Source of the DNA: Proteobacteria bacterium UBA664
GTDB taxonomy: Bacteria > Pseudomonadota > Gammaproteobacteria > UBA7966
NCBI GenBank assembly: GCA_002299125.1
Contig: DBNU01000061.1
Location: 514 to 64,513, forward strand
Direction: 5' to 3'
DNA length: 64,000 nt
The notes beneath the pieces are model-generated. The model ran no database searches and was not told the origin of the DNA. It saw only the letters and a program-made list of their open reading frames with translations. Shown here piece after piece: positions 1-8,825 of the stretch (its first letter is position 1; the number at the start of each line of letters is the position of its first letter). Position numbers and translations under genes: made by a program.

Positions 1-768
1 GCCGGCTGCGATACCGTCATGCAACTGGCCGGCATCCTCAACGAGCACGGTGACGACGGCCGTGGCTTCCGCCGGGTGCACGTGGACCTGCCCCGGAAGG
101 TGGTCGCGACCTGCCGCCTCCTCGGCATCCGTCGCTACCTGCACATGAGCGCCCTGAACGCCCGGCCCGACGGCCCCAGCCACTACCTGCGAAGCAAGGG
201 CGAAGCGGAGGACTGGGTGCACGCAGAGGCCGGAGCGGACCTGCTGGTCACGAGCTTCCGACCCTCGGTCATCTTCGGGCCCGGAGATTCCTTCTACAAC
301 CGCTTTGCCGGACTGCTCGCGACCACCCCCTTCGTCTTTCCGCTGGCCTGTGCCGAGGCACGCTTCCAGCCGGTGTACGTGGGTGATGTGGCAGAGGCCT
401 TCCTGCGCGCCCTGGCCGATCCGGCCACTGCCGGGGCGCGCTACGAACTCTGCGGTCCGTCCGTCTACACACTCCGGGAGATCGTCGAGTACACCGCCCG
501 CACCCTCGGCCTCTGCCGCAAGGTGATCCCGCTTTCCGATCGGCTGTCGCGGCTGCAGGCGGAGGTGTTCGAGCGCATCCCGGGCAAGCCCTTCTCCCGC
601 GACAACTACCGCAGTGCGAGCGAAGACAGCGTGTGTCAGGGTGAGTGTGGCCTGTGCCGTCTCGGCATCACGCCGATGGCGGTCGAGGCCGTGGTCCCCG
701 GCTACCTCGCCGGCCACAGCGCGCGCGGTCGGCTGTCCGCCCTGCGGGCCTTTCCAGGGCAACGATGA
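1..768 (+). CDS. NAD(P)H-binding epimerase/dehydratase family protein (NDUFA9/NmrA-like Rossmann-fold); 5' end truncated by the window edge
   Basis: The frame is open from the window start (ORF 19..768). It shows C-terminal similarity to complex I 39 kDa/NDUFA9-like short-chain dehydrogenase family proteins. Its stop overlaps the cca start codon (ATGA). Confidence 0.55.
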   Translation, partial: AGCDTVMQLAGILNEHGDDGRGFRRVHVDLPRKVVATCRLLGIRRYLHMSALNARPDGPSHYLRSKGEAEDWVHAEAGADLLVTSFRPSVIFGPGDSFYNRFAGLLATTPFVFPLACAEARFQPVYVGDVAEAFLRALADPATAGARYELCGPSVYTLREIVEYTARTLGLCRKVIPLSDRLSRLQAEVFERIPGKPFSRDNYRSASEDSVCQGECGLCRLGITPMAVEAVVPGYLAGHSARGRLSALRAFPGQR

Positions 769-1946
769 AGGTCTACGCGGTCGGTGGGGCAGTGCGGGAT
801 CGCCTGCTCGGCCGGCCGGTCGGCGACCGTGACTGGGTGGTGGTGGGGAGTACCGCGGCGGCCATGGAGGCCATGGGCTTCCGGCGTGTCGGGCGGGATT
901 TCCCGGTCTTCCTGCATCCAGAGACCCACGAGGAATACGCCCTCGCCCGGCGCGAGCGCAAAATCGCCCCGGGCTACAGCGGCTTTGTCTTCGACGCGCA
1001 TCCGAATGTGACTCTGGAGGAAGACCTTAAGCGCCGCGACCTGACCATCAACGCCATGGCCGAGGCGGAGGATGGCCGGATCATCGATCCTTGGGGTGGT
1101 CAGGCCGATCTGGCGCTGCGCTGCCTGCGCCATGTGTCGCCCGCCTTCGCCGAAGATCCGGTGCGGATCCTGCGCACGGCGCGCTTCGCGGCCCGGTTCG
1201 ACTGGTCGGTCGCGCCGGCAACGCTGGCACTGATGCGCCAGATGGTCACTGCCGGGGAGGTGGATGCGCTGGTCCCCGAGCGGGTGTGGGCGGAATGGCA
1301 GCGCGCCCTGGAGGAGGCCCATCCGCAACGCTTCCTCGCGGTGCTCGAGGACTGCGGCGCGCTGCCACGCCTGTGGCCGGAACTGGCCACCCTGCTGGCG
1401 CCGGATAGCCCCGCGGGGTTGCAGGCACGCGCCTTTCTGGCCGCGGCGGTGGAACGCGGCGCCGATGCCTGCGTGCGCAACGCTGCCCTGCTGCACCCCA
1501 TGGCGGGCGCTGACGACAACAGCGCGACCGGCAGAGCAGATCCGCAACCGTTCACCAACCTCCTTACCCGTATGCGCGCCCCGCGGGAGTATCAGGAACT
1601 GGCCTTGCTGGCGGCGCAACACGCACCGGCGCTCGCGGACTGCCACGCACTCGACGCGGCATGCCTGTGGCAGGCCATGCAGGCCGGCGACGGCCTGCGG
1701 CGGCCCGAGCGTTTCCGGCAACTGGCCGAGGTGGTGGCAGCGCGGGTGCAGGCCGGCGCGGGCCGCCCGGTCGCAGACGCCGTGACCGAACGCCTGCTGG
1801 CTGCCCTGACGGTAGCGCGCCAGGTTAACTCCGCGGCCATGGCCCGGGCAGGCCTGTCCGGTCAGGCCCTGGGAGAGGCCCTGGCCACGGCGCGCTGCAC
1901 AGCGATCACGTGCTACCTGGCCGGGGAAAGATCGGAAGCGGAATAG
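765..1946 (+). CDS. cca: multifunctional CCA-adding tRNA nucleotidyltransferase
   Basis: MKVYAVGGAVRDRLLGRPVGDRDWVVVG...DLTINAMA is the hallmark poly(A) polymerase head domain of CCA enzymes (GGxVRD, RRD, DxTINA). An HD-like C-terminal region follows. The start was chosen at the internal ATG (residue 41 of ORF 645..1946) that aligns with CCA N-termini. Confidence 0.85.
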   Translation: MKVYAVGGAVRDRLLGRPVGDRDWVVVGSTAAAMEAMGFRRVGRDFPVFLHPETHEEYALARRERKIAPGYSGFVFDAHPNVTLEEDLKRRDLTINAMAEAEDGRIIDPWGGQADLALRCLRHVSPAFAEDPVRILRTARFAARFDWSVAPATLALMRQMVTAGEVDALVPERVWAEWQRALEEAHPQRFLAVLEDCGALPRLWPELATLLAPDSPAGLQARAFLAAAVERGADACVRNAALLHPMAGADDNSATGRADPQPFTNLLTRMRAPREYQELALLAAQHAPALADCHALDAACLWQAMQAGDGLRRPERFRQLAEVVAARVQAGAGRPVADAVTERLLAALTVARQVNSAAMARAGLSGQALGEALATARCTAITCYLAGERSEAE

Positions 1947-2192
1947 CGGGATGCGCGCCCCTTGGCACCCCTCGGGGCTGAAGCCTGGCTACGCGCGCAG
2001 CCGGAACAGGTGCCGACCGGCGTCGTAGCGGCTAGAGTGGAGGCCCGCCCTATCGAGGCCCGCACGCCGCATGGACAGTCCCAGTAGAACGCCGCCCCCG
2101 ACTCCTGACCCTGCCCTGAGCGAATCGCCGCAGGCAACGCATCCCCTCCCGGCAACGCGATCACGCGTGGCCACCTCCCCGGGTGAGCACCC

Positions 2193-3533
2193 GTGGAAGT
2201 TCTGATCCTGGTCGCACTCATCGTGCTCAACGGGCTCTTCGCCATGTCGGAGATCGCGCTCGTCACCGCACGCAAACCCCGACTGATGAAGCGGGTCGCC
2301 GATGGTGAAGGGTCTGCCTCCGTGGCCCTCAGTCTGGGCGAAGACCCGACCCGCTTCCTGTCCACGGTGCAGATCGGCATCACCTGTATCGGCATCCTGA
2401 GCGGCATCGTGGGCGAATCCGTACTCGCCGACCCCCTGTCGCTGGTCCTGCAGGAGCACGCTGGCCTGTCGGCCAAGGTGTCGGATCTGGGCTCGACCGC
2501 CCTCGTGGTGCTCCTCATCACCTACGTCTCCATCGTGGTGGGTGAGCTCGTGCCCAAGCGCATCGGGCAGGCCTACCCAGAGGCGATCGCCTGCCTCGTC
2601 GCCCGTCCGATGCAGCTACTGGCCCTGATGGTCCGGCCCTTCGTCGTGCTGCTTTCCGTTTCCACGCATACCGTGCTGCGCGCGGTGGGCGTAAGCAACG
2701 CGAACAACACCAGCGTGACCGAGGAGGAGATCCACGCCATGCTCAAGGAGGGCTCGGAATCCGGGCTCATCGAGCAGCACCAGCACACCATGGTACGAAA
2801 CGTATTCCGGCTGGACGACCGCCAGTTGGGCACCTTGATGGTGCCGCGCCCGGATATCATCTTCGTGGATCTCGAACTCCCCGCCGAGGAAAACCTCCGC
2901 ACACTCATCGAGTCCGGTCACTCGCGCTTCCCCGTCTGCCGTGGCGGGCTCGACGAACTGGTCGGCGTACTGCACGCGCGCCAGATCCTCGCCACCGTCG
3001 CCAGCGGTCGGCAGCCCGATTTCGAAAGCAACCTGCAGCCCTGCATGTTCGTCCCGGAGACACTCACCGGCATGGAACTGCTCGAACAGTTCCGCGCCCG
3101 CAACATGCCCATCGCCTTCGTCATCGACGAGTACGGCGAGGTGGAAGGCATCGTCACTCTGCGCGACATGCTGGAGGCCGTGACGGGCGAGTTCTCCCCA
3201 CGCAACGCTGATGACGTCTGGGCCACACAGCGCGAGGACGGCTCCTGGCTGCTCGACGGCCTCATCCCGATCCCGGAACTCAAGGACCGGCTCGAACTGG
3301 ATGAGCTGCCCGAGGAGGACCGCGACCGCTACAACACCCTGAGCGGCATGGTCATGCTGCTGCTGGGTCGGGTGCCCACCACCGGCGACCGGACGGACTG
3401 GGGCGGCTGGCGCTTCGAGGTCGTGGACATGGACGAGCAACGCATCGACAAGGTGCTCGCCACCACCCTGCGCAACATCGATGCCCCCGTCGAGCCTGCG
3501 GAGGAGCCGAGCGCCGGCACCGAGGCTCAGTAG
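2193..3533 (+). CDS. hemolysin/CNNM family protein (DUF21 transmembrane domain, CBS pair and CorC_HlyC transporter-associated domain)
   Basis: It has a hydrophobic N-terminal DUF21-like region, a central CBS-pair region and a C-terminal CorC/HlyC-like domain, as in TlyC/CorC magnesium/cobalt efflux proteins. The start codon is GTG. Confidence 0.75.
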   Translation: MEVLILVALIVLNGLFAMSEIALVTARKPRLMKRVADGEGSASVALSLGEDPTRFLSTVQIGITCIGILSGIVGESVLADPLSLVLQEHAGLSAKVSDLGSTALVVLLITYVSIVVGELVPKRIGQAYPEAIACLVARPMQLLALMVRPFVVLLSVSTHTVLRAVGVSNANNTSVTEEEIHAMLKEGSESGLIEQHQHTMVRNVFRLDDRQLGTLMVPRPDIIFVDLELPAEENLRTLIESGHSRFPVCRGGLDELVGVLHARQILATVASGRQPDFESNLQPCMFVPETLTGMELLEQFRARNMPIAFVIDEYGEVEGIVTLRDMLEAVTGEFSPRNADDVWATQREDGSWLLDGLIPIPELKDRLELDELPEEDRDRYNTLSGMVMLLLGRVPTTGDRTDWGGWRFEVVDMDEQRIDKVLATTLRNIDAPVEPAEEPSAGTEAQ

Positions 3534-3733
3534 CGGTTGCGGGAATCGGGCGGACAGTCGCGCCGAGAGGCGACCGGCGAGCCCGGGCCTCAGAGGGTGT
3601 GAATAAATCTGCTGCGGGTCCCGATAACTGCGTTGGGCAGTGCTCGCTCCTCGCCTATCTATCTGATATGTCTCGTCGCTGTGCGCCGCCCGCCTTGCTC
3701 TCGGGCCGCTCGCGACGATTTCTTCACACCCCC

Positions 3734-4903
3734 TCAGGCCGCCGCCGAACGGCCGCGGGCGAGGATCAGCACCTTGAAGCGGGTGCCCATCTCGCCGGGC
3801 AGGAGCAGGCGCTCTGCCTCCCGCACCAGTGCCAGGTGCGCGGCGGTCGAGGTCGAATCCTGCTGGGCCGCTGCCAGCGCCTCGAGCAGGCCATGCTGCA
3901 TCAGGAACTGCGTCTGGGTCGCGAAGGTGTGCACCGTGAGGCCGGCGGCGAGCGCCGCCTCGGCCACGGCGTCGAAGTCCACCCAGGCACTGATGTCCTC
4001 GGCACCGGGGGCATGGAAGGGGTCGTCGTGGGCGCGGTGGCGGCTGTGGCAGACGAGCGTCCCCTGACTGCGCTCGGGGTGGTAGTAATCGCGCCGCTCG
4101 TAGCCGTAGTCGGCGAAGAGGATTGCACCGTGTTCCAGCCGGGCCGCCACGGAACGCACGAAGGGGCCAAGCCAGGGCGACCACTCACTCGCATAGCCAG
4201 GCGGCAGTTTGCGACCGAGCGCCTCCTCGATCCCGGCCACCCGCCGCGCGAGGGTCGGTGGGGCGGGTATTTCGACCCAGCGGAAGCCCTCGGAGGCCGT
4301 ACCGGTGACGGCCCGCTGCCTGAGCCCCGCCTCGCGCACAACAAAGCAATCCACGGGCAGGGCATCGAGTACCTCGTTGGCCAGGACGACCCCGCGGAAT
4401 ACCTCCGGCAACTGGTTGAGCCAGCCGACCGCGGCCTCCTCGCTCAGGCATTCGCGCTGGTCGGCGGCCAGGGCCGCACTCGGTTCCAGGATGGCGTAAG
4501 CCGCCTGCGGACGACCAAAGCGGCGGCAGGCGGCCAGCAGATCGGCCGCCAGTGCCCCGCTGCCGGCACCCAGCTCGAGCACTTGCGCGGGCAGCTCGAA
4601 CTCGTCCTGCAGAGCACCCACGGCCCGGGCCAGCGCGGTGGCGAACAGGGCCCCGAGTTCCGGGGCCGTAGTGAAATCGCCGCGCGGCCCGATGGGCGTT
4701 TCCCGGCGATGGTAGTAACCGAGACCCGGCTCGTTCAGCACGAGCTGCATGTAGTCGGCGAAAGGTAGCGCCCCACCGGCGCTCGCGATGGCGGTCTCGA
4801 CGCGCGCGAGCAAGGCCGGATCGCTGGGCAAAGCGCTCACGGCTCGGCCGGCAACAAAAACGGATCCTGCACGAACCACCGCCCGCTGACCGGTTCGCGC
4901 CAC
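3734..4903 (-). CDS. SAM-dependent methyltransferase, MidA/NDUFAF7 (DUF185) family
   Basis: FADYMQLVLNEPGLGYY...GDFTTAPE...LELGAGSGALAADLL matches the MidA family N-terminus and its GxGxG SAM-binding loop. An alternative GTG start at about 4842 (VSALPSDPA...) would remove the 67 nt overlap with the upstream lipoprotein gene. Confidence 0.7.
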   Translation of the reverse strand: MARTGQRAVVRAGSVFVAGRAVSALPSDPALLARVETAIASAGGALPFADYMQLVLNEPGLGYYHRRETPIGPRGDFTTAPELGALFATALARAVGALQDEFELPAQVLELGAGSGALAADLLAACRRFGRPQAAYAILEPSAALAADQRECLSEEAAVGWLNQLPEVFRGVVLANEVLDALPVDCFVVREAGLRQRAVTGTASEGFRWVEIPAPPTLARRVAGIEEALGRKLPPGYASEWSPWLGPFVRSVAARLEHGAILFADYGYERRDYYHPERSQGTLVCHSRHRAHDDPFHAPGAEDISAWVDFDAVAEAALAAGLTVHTFATQTQFLMQHGLLEALAAAQQDSTSTAAHLALVREAERLLLPGEMGTRFKVLILARGRSAAA

Positions 4904-5481
4904 CAGCGCATGTTGTGCTCGGCCCGACGCACGATGTTGCTGCTGTCCGAGTAGTAGTTGATGATCACGGGAACGACATACTCCGTGGGCACCCCGGGCT
5001 GGGTCGGGTCGGCCGGCATGGCCACGCCGAACTCGAAACCCGAGACCCGCCAGTCGGTCGCTGGCGCTGCCTCGACGAGCGCGCGGGCGTCCGGTGGGGC
5101 ACGATGCAGGGCCGCGGCCTCGGCGTAACCACCCCAGCGCATCAGGCGCGCGTAGCGCAACAGCGTGAACTCGAGATCCTGGGCCTCGTCCTGTTGGCGC
5201 ATGCCCGCGCAGGCCGTGAGCCCGAGCGTCAGCACGAGCACAAGGCCGATGCAGCGGTGCCAGCGCCCAGCCGACGATCGACGTGACGGTGGCGCGGATG
5301 GGTCGGAGCCACGGCTGACCGTGGCCAAGGCGGCCAACGAGCGGTGCGGCAAGGTCTTCACCTCAGTCGGGATGCGGCGTGCGGGAGTGGCGGTCGGCCA
5401 CCAGCGGAGCGTAACCGCAAGTGCAGTGTTCCGGTGAGGTTGATGCAGGGTCGGAAGGGGGGTTACGCAGCCTCGGCCCAC
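4837..5481 (-). CDS. hypothetical lipoprotein (start codon unresolved)
   Basis: The reading frame contains a lipobox (LGLTAC) preceded by a hydrophobic stretch (IGLVLVLTL). The true start is probably internal (GTG/TTG) rather than at 5481. I recognise no conserved domain. Confidence 0.35.
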   Translation of the reverse strand: MGRGCVTPLPTLHQPHRNTALAVTLRWWPTATPARRIPTEVKTLPHRSLAALATVSRGSDPSAPPSRRSSAGRWHRCIGLVLVLTLGLTACAGMRQQDEAQDLEFTLLRYARLMRWGGYAEAAALHRAPPDARALVEAAPATDWRVSGFEFGVAMPADPTQPGVPTEYVVPVIINYYSDSSNIVRRAEHNMRWWREPVSGRWFVQDPFLLPAEP

Positions 5482-5577
5482 GCGCGTGCTCAGGGCCGAA
5501 GCACCCTTGCAACGAACGGGCGGTAGGGCGGCGAGGCGCAGCGTCTGGGTGCGGTGCCGACGCGCTCGCGCTCGCGC

Positions 5578-6222
5578 TCAGGCCACACTCGCGGCGGGCT
5601 GTGGCGCAAGCAAGCCTTCGCGTTCCAGCAGGGGGAGAAGCCCTGCCAGCACCAAGTTGGCGTAGTGATGGTTGCCGCGGGCGGAGAGGTGCAGCCCGTC
5701 AGGGCCGAGAAGCTCGGTTGCAGCCAAGCTGGCCCCGCGGGCCAGCGCCGGCAGGTCGATGGCGTCGGCTCCCAGTTCCGCGATCACGCTCCTGAGCACG
5801 TTCGCGTAGGGGGCATGGTTCTGCTCGAAACTGAGCCCATTGCCTTGCGCCCCCGACACCTGCCTCGGCTCATGATCGACGACGAAGATCGCCCGCCCCT
5901 GGCCTCGTAAAACCAACTGGTGGATGTGGCGCAGGTTACGCTGGTACTCGACCAGACCGACCCGGGGCTCGAGCGCCCAGTCGCGAACATTGCAATCATT
6001 GAAGCCGAATTGGATGAGCACCCAGGCCGGCAGCAGCGGCAGGACATCTTCGGCAAAGCGGTCCAATCCCTGGGCCGAGGTGTGGCCACCCACCCCTCGG
6101 TTGTAGACCTTGGCCGGAAGGCCGAGGGAATGGAGGTGATCTCGCAGGCGCAGTGGCCAGCGGTCGGGTTCAGGGAAATCACAGGCGCGAGTAATCGAGT
6201 CACCGAAACAGACCAGACGCAT
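5578..6222 (-). CDS. SGNH/GDSL hydrolase family protein
   Basis: The N-terminal block-I motif CFGDSIT is present, as is a block-III GxND (FGFNDC). Confidence 0.75.
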   Translation of the reverse strand: MRLVCFGDSITRACDFPEPDRWPLRLRDHLHSLGLPAKVYNRGVGGHTSAQGLDRFAEDVLPLLPAWVLIQFGFNDCNVRDWALEPRVGLVEYQRNLRHIHQLVLRGQGRAIFVVDHEPRQVSGAQGNGLSFEQNHAPYANVLRSVIAELGADAIDLPALARGASLAATELLGPDGLHLSARGNHHYANLVLAGLLPLLEREGLLAPQPAASVA

Positions 6223-6811
6223 CAGAGGACTCCGGGCGCGAGACGGGATCCGAAACGGAATCGGCAGAGATGACAGCGGGCATCGCAGATACGGCGGGAG
6301 CGGAAACGATATCGGGCACGGCAGGGGCGAACGTCACGGGTGCCAGCCCAGGGGTGCTGGCACGCGGGAAGTCCGCCCAGATCTCGCGAAAGGTTCGCCC
6401 ATCCACAGGGTGGCGCGACTCGCCATCGAGCTCGGCGAGCGGCCACAGCACATACGCGAACCGTGTCACATCTTCGCGCGGTATGCGGAACGATTCTGTG
6501 ACGGCCACCACATCTCCGTAGAGCAGCAGGTCGAGATCGAGGGTGCGCGGCGCGAGTTTGACGGCCTGCGCCGGCCGACCATGGGCGAACTCGATTTCGC
6601 GCAGCCTCAGGGCTACGGTCGCCGGTGGCAGGGTGGTCTCGAAGCTCACCACCAGGTTGTAGAACGGCTCACCCACGAAGCCCACGGCCACGCTTTCGAA
6701 GACCCGGGACACCCGGAGCGGGCCGAAGGTGGTCGCGAGGCTGACCAGTCCGGAACGTACGTTCCGCTCGCGATCGATGTTGCTGCCAACGCCCACGTGC
6801 ACGCGGGTCAT
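6200..6811 (-). CDS. folK: 2-amino-4-hydroxy-6-hydroxymethyldihydropteridine diphosphokinase (HPPK) with a roughly 40 aa Pro/Ala/Ser-rich C-terminal extension
   Basis: The N-terminus MTRVHVGVGSNIDRERN...LDLDLLLYGD is typical of FolK. The gene sits next to folB with a 4 nt overlap. Confidence 0.8.
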   Translation of the reverse strand: MTRVHVGVGSNIDRERNVRSGLVSLATTFGPLRVSRVFESVAVGFVGEPFYNLVVSFETTLPPATVALRLREIEFAHGRPAQAVKLAPRTLDLDLLLYGDVVAVTESFRIPREDVTRFAYVLWPLAELDGESRHPVDGRTFREIWADFPRASTPGLAPVTFAPAVPDIVSAPAVSAMPAVISADSVSDPVSRPESSDASGLFR

Positions 6812-7170
6812 CGGTGGGAGGCCAGCCTTTCCACTTGCACGGCGACACTGCCGGCTTCGGGAACCGCACCCGGTTTGGCCACCCGCACCCGCACCCGGGC
6901 GAGGGGGAAGTCTGCCAGCAGATGCTCGGCCACGCGTACGGCGAGGGTCTCGAGCAACTGGGCGCGCGCCGCGTGCACCAGTGCGGTGACGCCGGCGCAG
7001 ACGGCGACGTAGTCGATCGTGTCTGCAACCTGGTCGGTCAGGGCTGCGGCGGCCACGCAGTCACTGCCGAGTTCGAGATCGAACACCAGCCGCTGCTCGA
7101 TCTGTCGCTCCCAGGCATGCACACCGATGACCGCGTGGACCTCGAGTTCACGAATGAAGATGGTATCCAC
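6808..7170 (-). CDS. folB: dihydroneopterin aldolase
   Basis: MDTIFIRELEVHAVIGVHAWERQIEQRLVFDLEL is a classic FolB N-terminus. The folB-folK pair is divergent from plsY, as in many Gammaproteobacteria. Confidence 0.8.
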   Translation of the reverse strand: MDTIFIRELEVHAVIGVHAWERQIEQRLVFDLELGSDCVAAAALTDQVADTIDYVAVCAGVTALVHAARAQLLETLAVRVAEHLLADFPLARVRVRVAKPGAVPEAGSVAVQVERLASHR

Positions 7171-7289
7171 GCTACCTCGTCCCGAGCGGCTGCACGAAAG
7201 GAAAGCCCGCCGGACCGGCCGGCGACGCTCAGGGTTTAGCGCCTCGTCGACTTGACCGTCAAGCGGTGGCTGGTCGAGAGTGCCGTGCC

Positions 7290-7886
7290 ATGTGGATCCT
7301 GCTGACCTCCGTACTCGCCGCCTATCTGCTGGGCTCGCTCTGCGCCGCCATCCTGGTCTGTCGTGCCCTTGGACTCGCCGATCCGCGCTCCGGTGGCTCG
7401 GGCAACCCGGGTGCCACCAACGTGCTCCGCCTGCACGGCAAGGTCGCCGCCGCGCTGACCCTGGCCGGCGATCTGCTGAAGGGCCTCGTGCCCGTCGGCG
7501 CGGCGGCCCTGCTCGGCGCTACGCCCACGCTGCTGGCGGCCACCGCCGTTGCGGCTGTGCTCGGCCACCTCTACCCCGTGTTCTTCGGCTTTCGCGGCGG
7601 CAAGGGCGTGGCCACCTTCATCGGCGTGCTGTTCGGCCTGCATTGGGCGCTCGGCCTTGCGCACGTGGGCACCTGGCTCATCATTGCGCGGCTATTGGGC
7701 TACTCCTCGCTGGCGGCCCTGGTGGCGGCCCCCGCCCCCTTCGTCACCAGCCTTCTTCTGGCAGAGCCGCTCCCGATCCGCATCGCCTGCGGCCTGCTCG
7801 GCCTCATCGTGCTGGCGCGCCATCACGACAACATCCGGCGACTTCTGACCGGGACCGAGGGCCGGGTCGGGGACGCGCAGGGCTGA
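7290..7886 (+). CDS. plsY: glycerol-3-phosphate acyltransferase PlsY
   Basis: MWILLTSVLAAYLLGS...SGNPGATNVLR...FRGGKGVAT are PlsY family motifs. The internal ATG was chosen over the longer ORF start at 7266. Confidence 0.85.
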   Translation: MWILLTSVLAAYLLGSLCAAILVCRALGLADPRSGGSGNPGATNVLRLHGKVAAALTLAGDLLKGLVPVGAAALLGATPTLLAATAVAAVLGHLYPVFFGFRGGKGVATFIGVLFGLHWALGLAHVGTWLIIARLLGYSSLAALVAAPAPFVTSLLLAEPLPIRIACGLLGLIVLARHHDNIRRLLTGTEGRVGDAQG

Positions 7887-7961
7887 GCGACGCGGCGCGG
7901 CGCTCGCACGATTCCTGGGAGTCCGAGCCTGGGATGAGTTTCCGGAGGGCCTTGACCGAGG

Positions 7962-8306
7962 TCACGCCGGGCCTGCGAACAGGCGGGCAAGTGCGGCCTG
8001 CACCCGCTCGGCATCCGATGTCAGCAGGCGGCCGAGCGGGCCACGAACCAGACGGTGGTCAAGCGTGAAGAGCTTGAAGCGTACGACGGAGGGTGCCGGC
8101 AGGCCGGCGCTGGCAAGATCTTCGATGGGACAGTCGAGCGGCCAGGCGGAGTGGGCGGCGGAGGTAATCATCGCCAGCACCGAGTGGCCGGCCGGCCCGT
8201 TGAACACGGCCGCGCCCGACAGCACCAGCGCCGGTCGGTTTTTCGTGGACGCACGGTCGGTAAACGGGAAGGGCACCCTCAGTACCGTGTAGCGTTCATA
8301 ACCCAC
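7962..8306 (-). CDS. type II toxin-antitoxin system toxin, PemK/MazF family
   Basis: The product is about 110 aa with PemK/MazF-like sequence (YERYTVLRVPFPFTD...RPALVLS). It overlaps the upstream antitoxin gene by 11 nt. Confidence 0.7.
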   Translation of the reverse strand: MGYERYTVLRVPFPFTDRASTKNRPALVLSGAAVFNGPAGHSVLAMITSAAHSAWPLDCPIEDLASAGLPAPSVVRFKLFTLDHRLVRGPLGRLLTSDAERVQAALARLFAGPA

Positions 8307-8526
8307 GGTAGGCCTCCTCGTCAGAGGCGCTTGCCCACTCGGACAGCGTGCCTTCCACGGCCTTCAGATACTCGATGTCGAGCGACTGCACGCGCCGGAT
8401 ACGTGCGCTGCCGTCGTCCAGCACCTCCCACGCGATCAAGTCCCCTGGCCCGACCTGCAGTGCCGCCCGCACCGCCGCGGGTATCGTGGTCTGGCCCTTG
8501 GAAGTGACTTTCGCGATGGCCGTCAT
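8296..8526 (-). CDS. type II antitoxin, AbrB/MazE/SpoVT family
   Basis: The 76 aa product has a SpoVT/AbrB swapped-hairpin N-terminus (IAKVTSKGQTTIPAAVRAAL). It lies immediately upstream of, and overlaps, the PemK toxin. Confidence 0.7.
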   Translation of the reverse strand: MTAIAKVTSKGQTTIPAAVRAALQVGPGDLIAWEVLDDGSARIRRVQSLDIEYLKAVEGTLSEWASASDEEAYRGL

Positions 8527-8825
8527 GGCATGCCCCTTACAGTAAGGATGGCATTACCGTATGGCAATCCTTTCACCGCCGCAAGCCGAAGGTCAAGACC
8601 GAGTGGTCGCGGTGGGAACGGAGTGCTCCCCGCCCGCCTCGACAGAGAGGCGTACGAGCGGCTCTAGCGCCTATCGAGGCCGATCACCCCTCTTCGCTCC
8701 CGCCAGCCGAGTTGAGGATGGCTTCGTCCATCTGCTCGAGGGTCACCGTCTGGGTGACACGGCCGGCGAAACGCCCCTTGAGGGCGCGCACGTCCCGGTG
8801 CAGAGGCACCAACTTGAAGCCGCCC

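Noticed and set aside
702-1721. 339 aa minus-strand ORF
   Set aside because: It is antisense to cca, a typical long spurious ORF in GC-rich DNA.
3599-4768. 389 aa plus-strand ORF
   Set aside because: It is entirely antisense to the MidA-family methyltransferase gene, has Arg/Gly-rich high-GC frame composition, and no family resemblance.
5555-5582. Short gcgctc hexamer run (…gacgcgctcgcgctcgcgctc…)
   Set aside because: It has only three or four units in an intergenic or 3' region, which is too short to call a functional repeat or CRISPR-like element.
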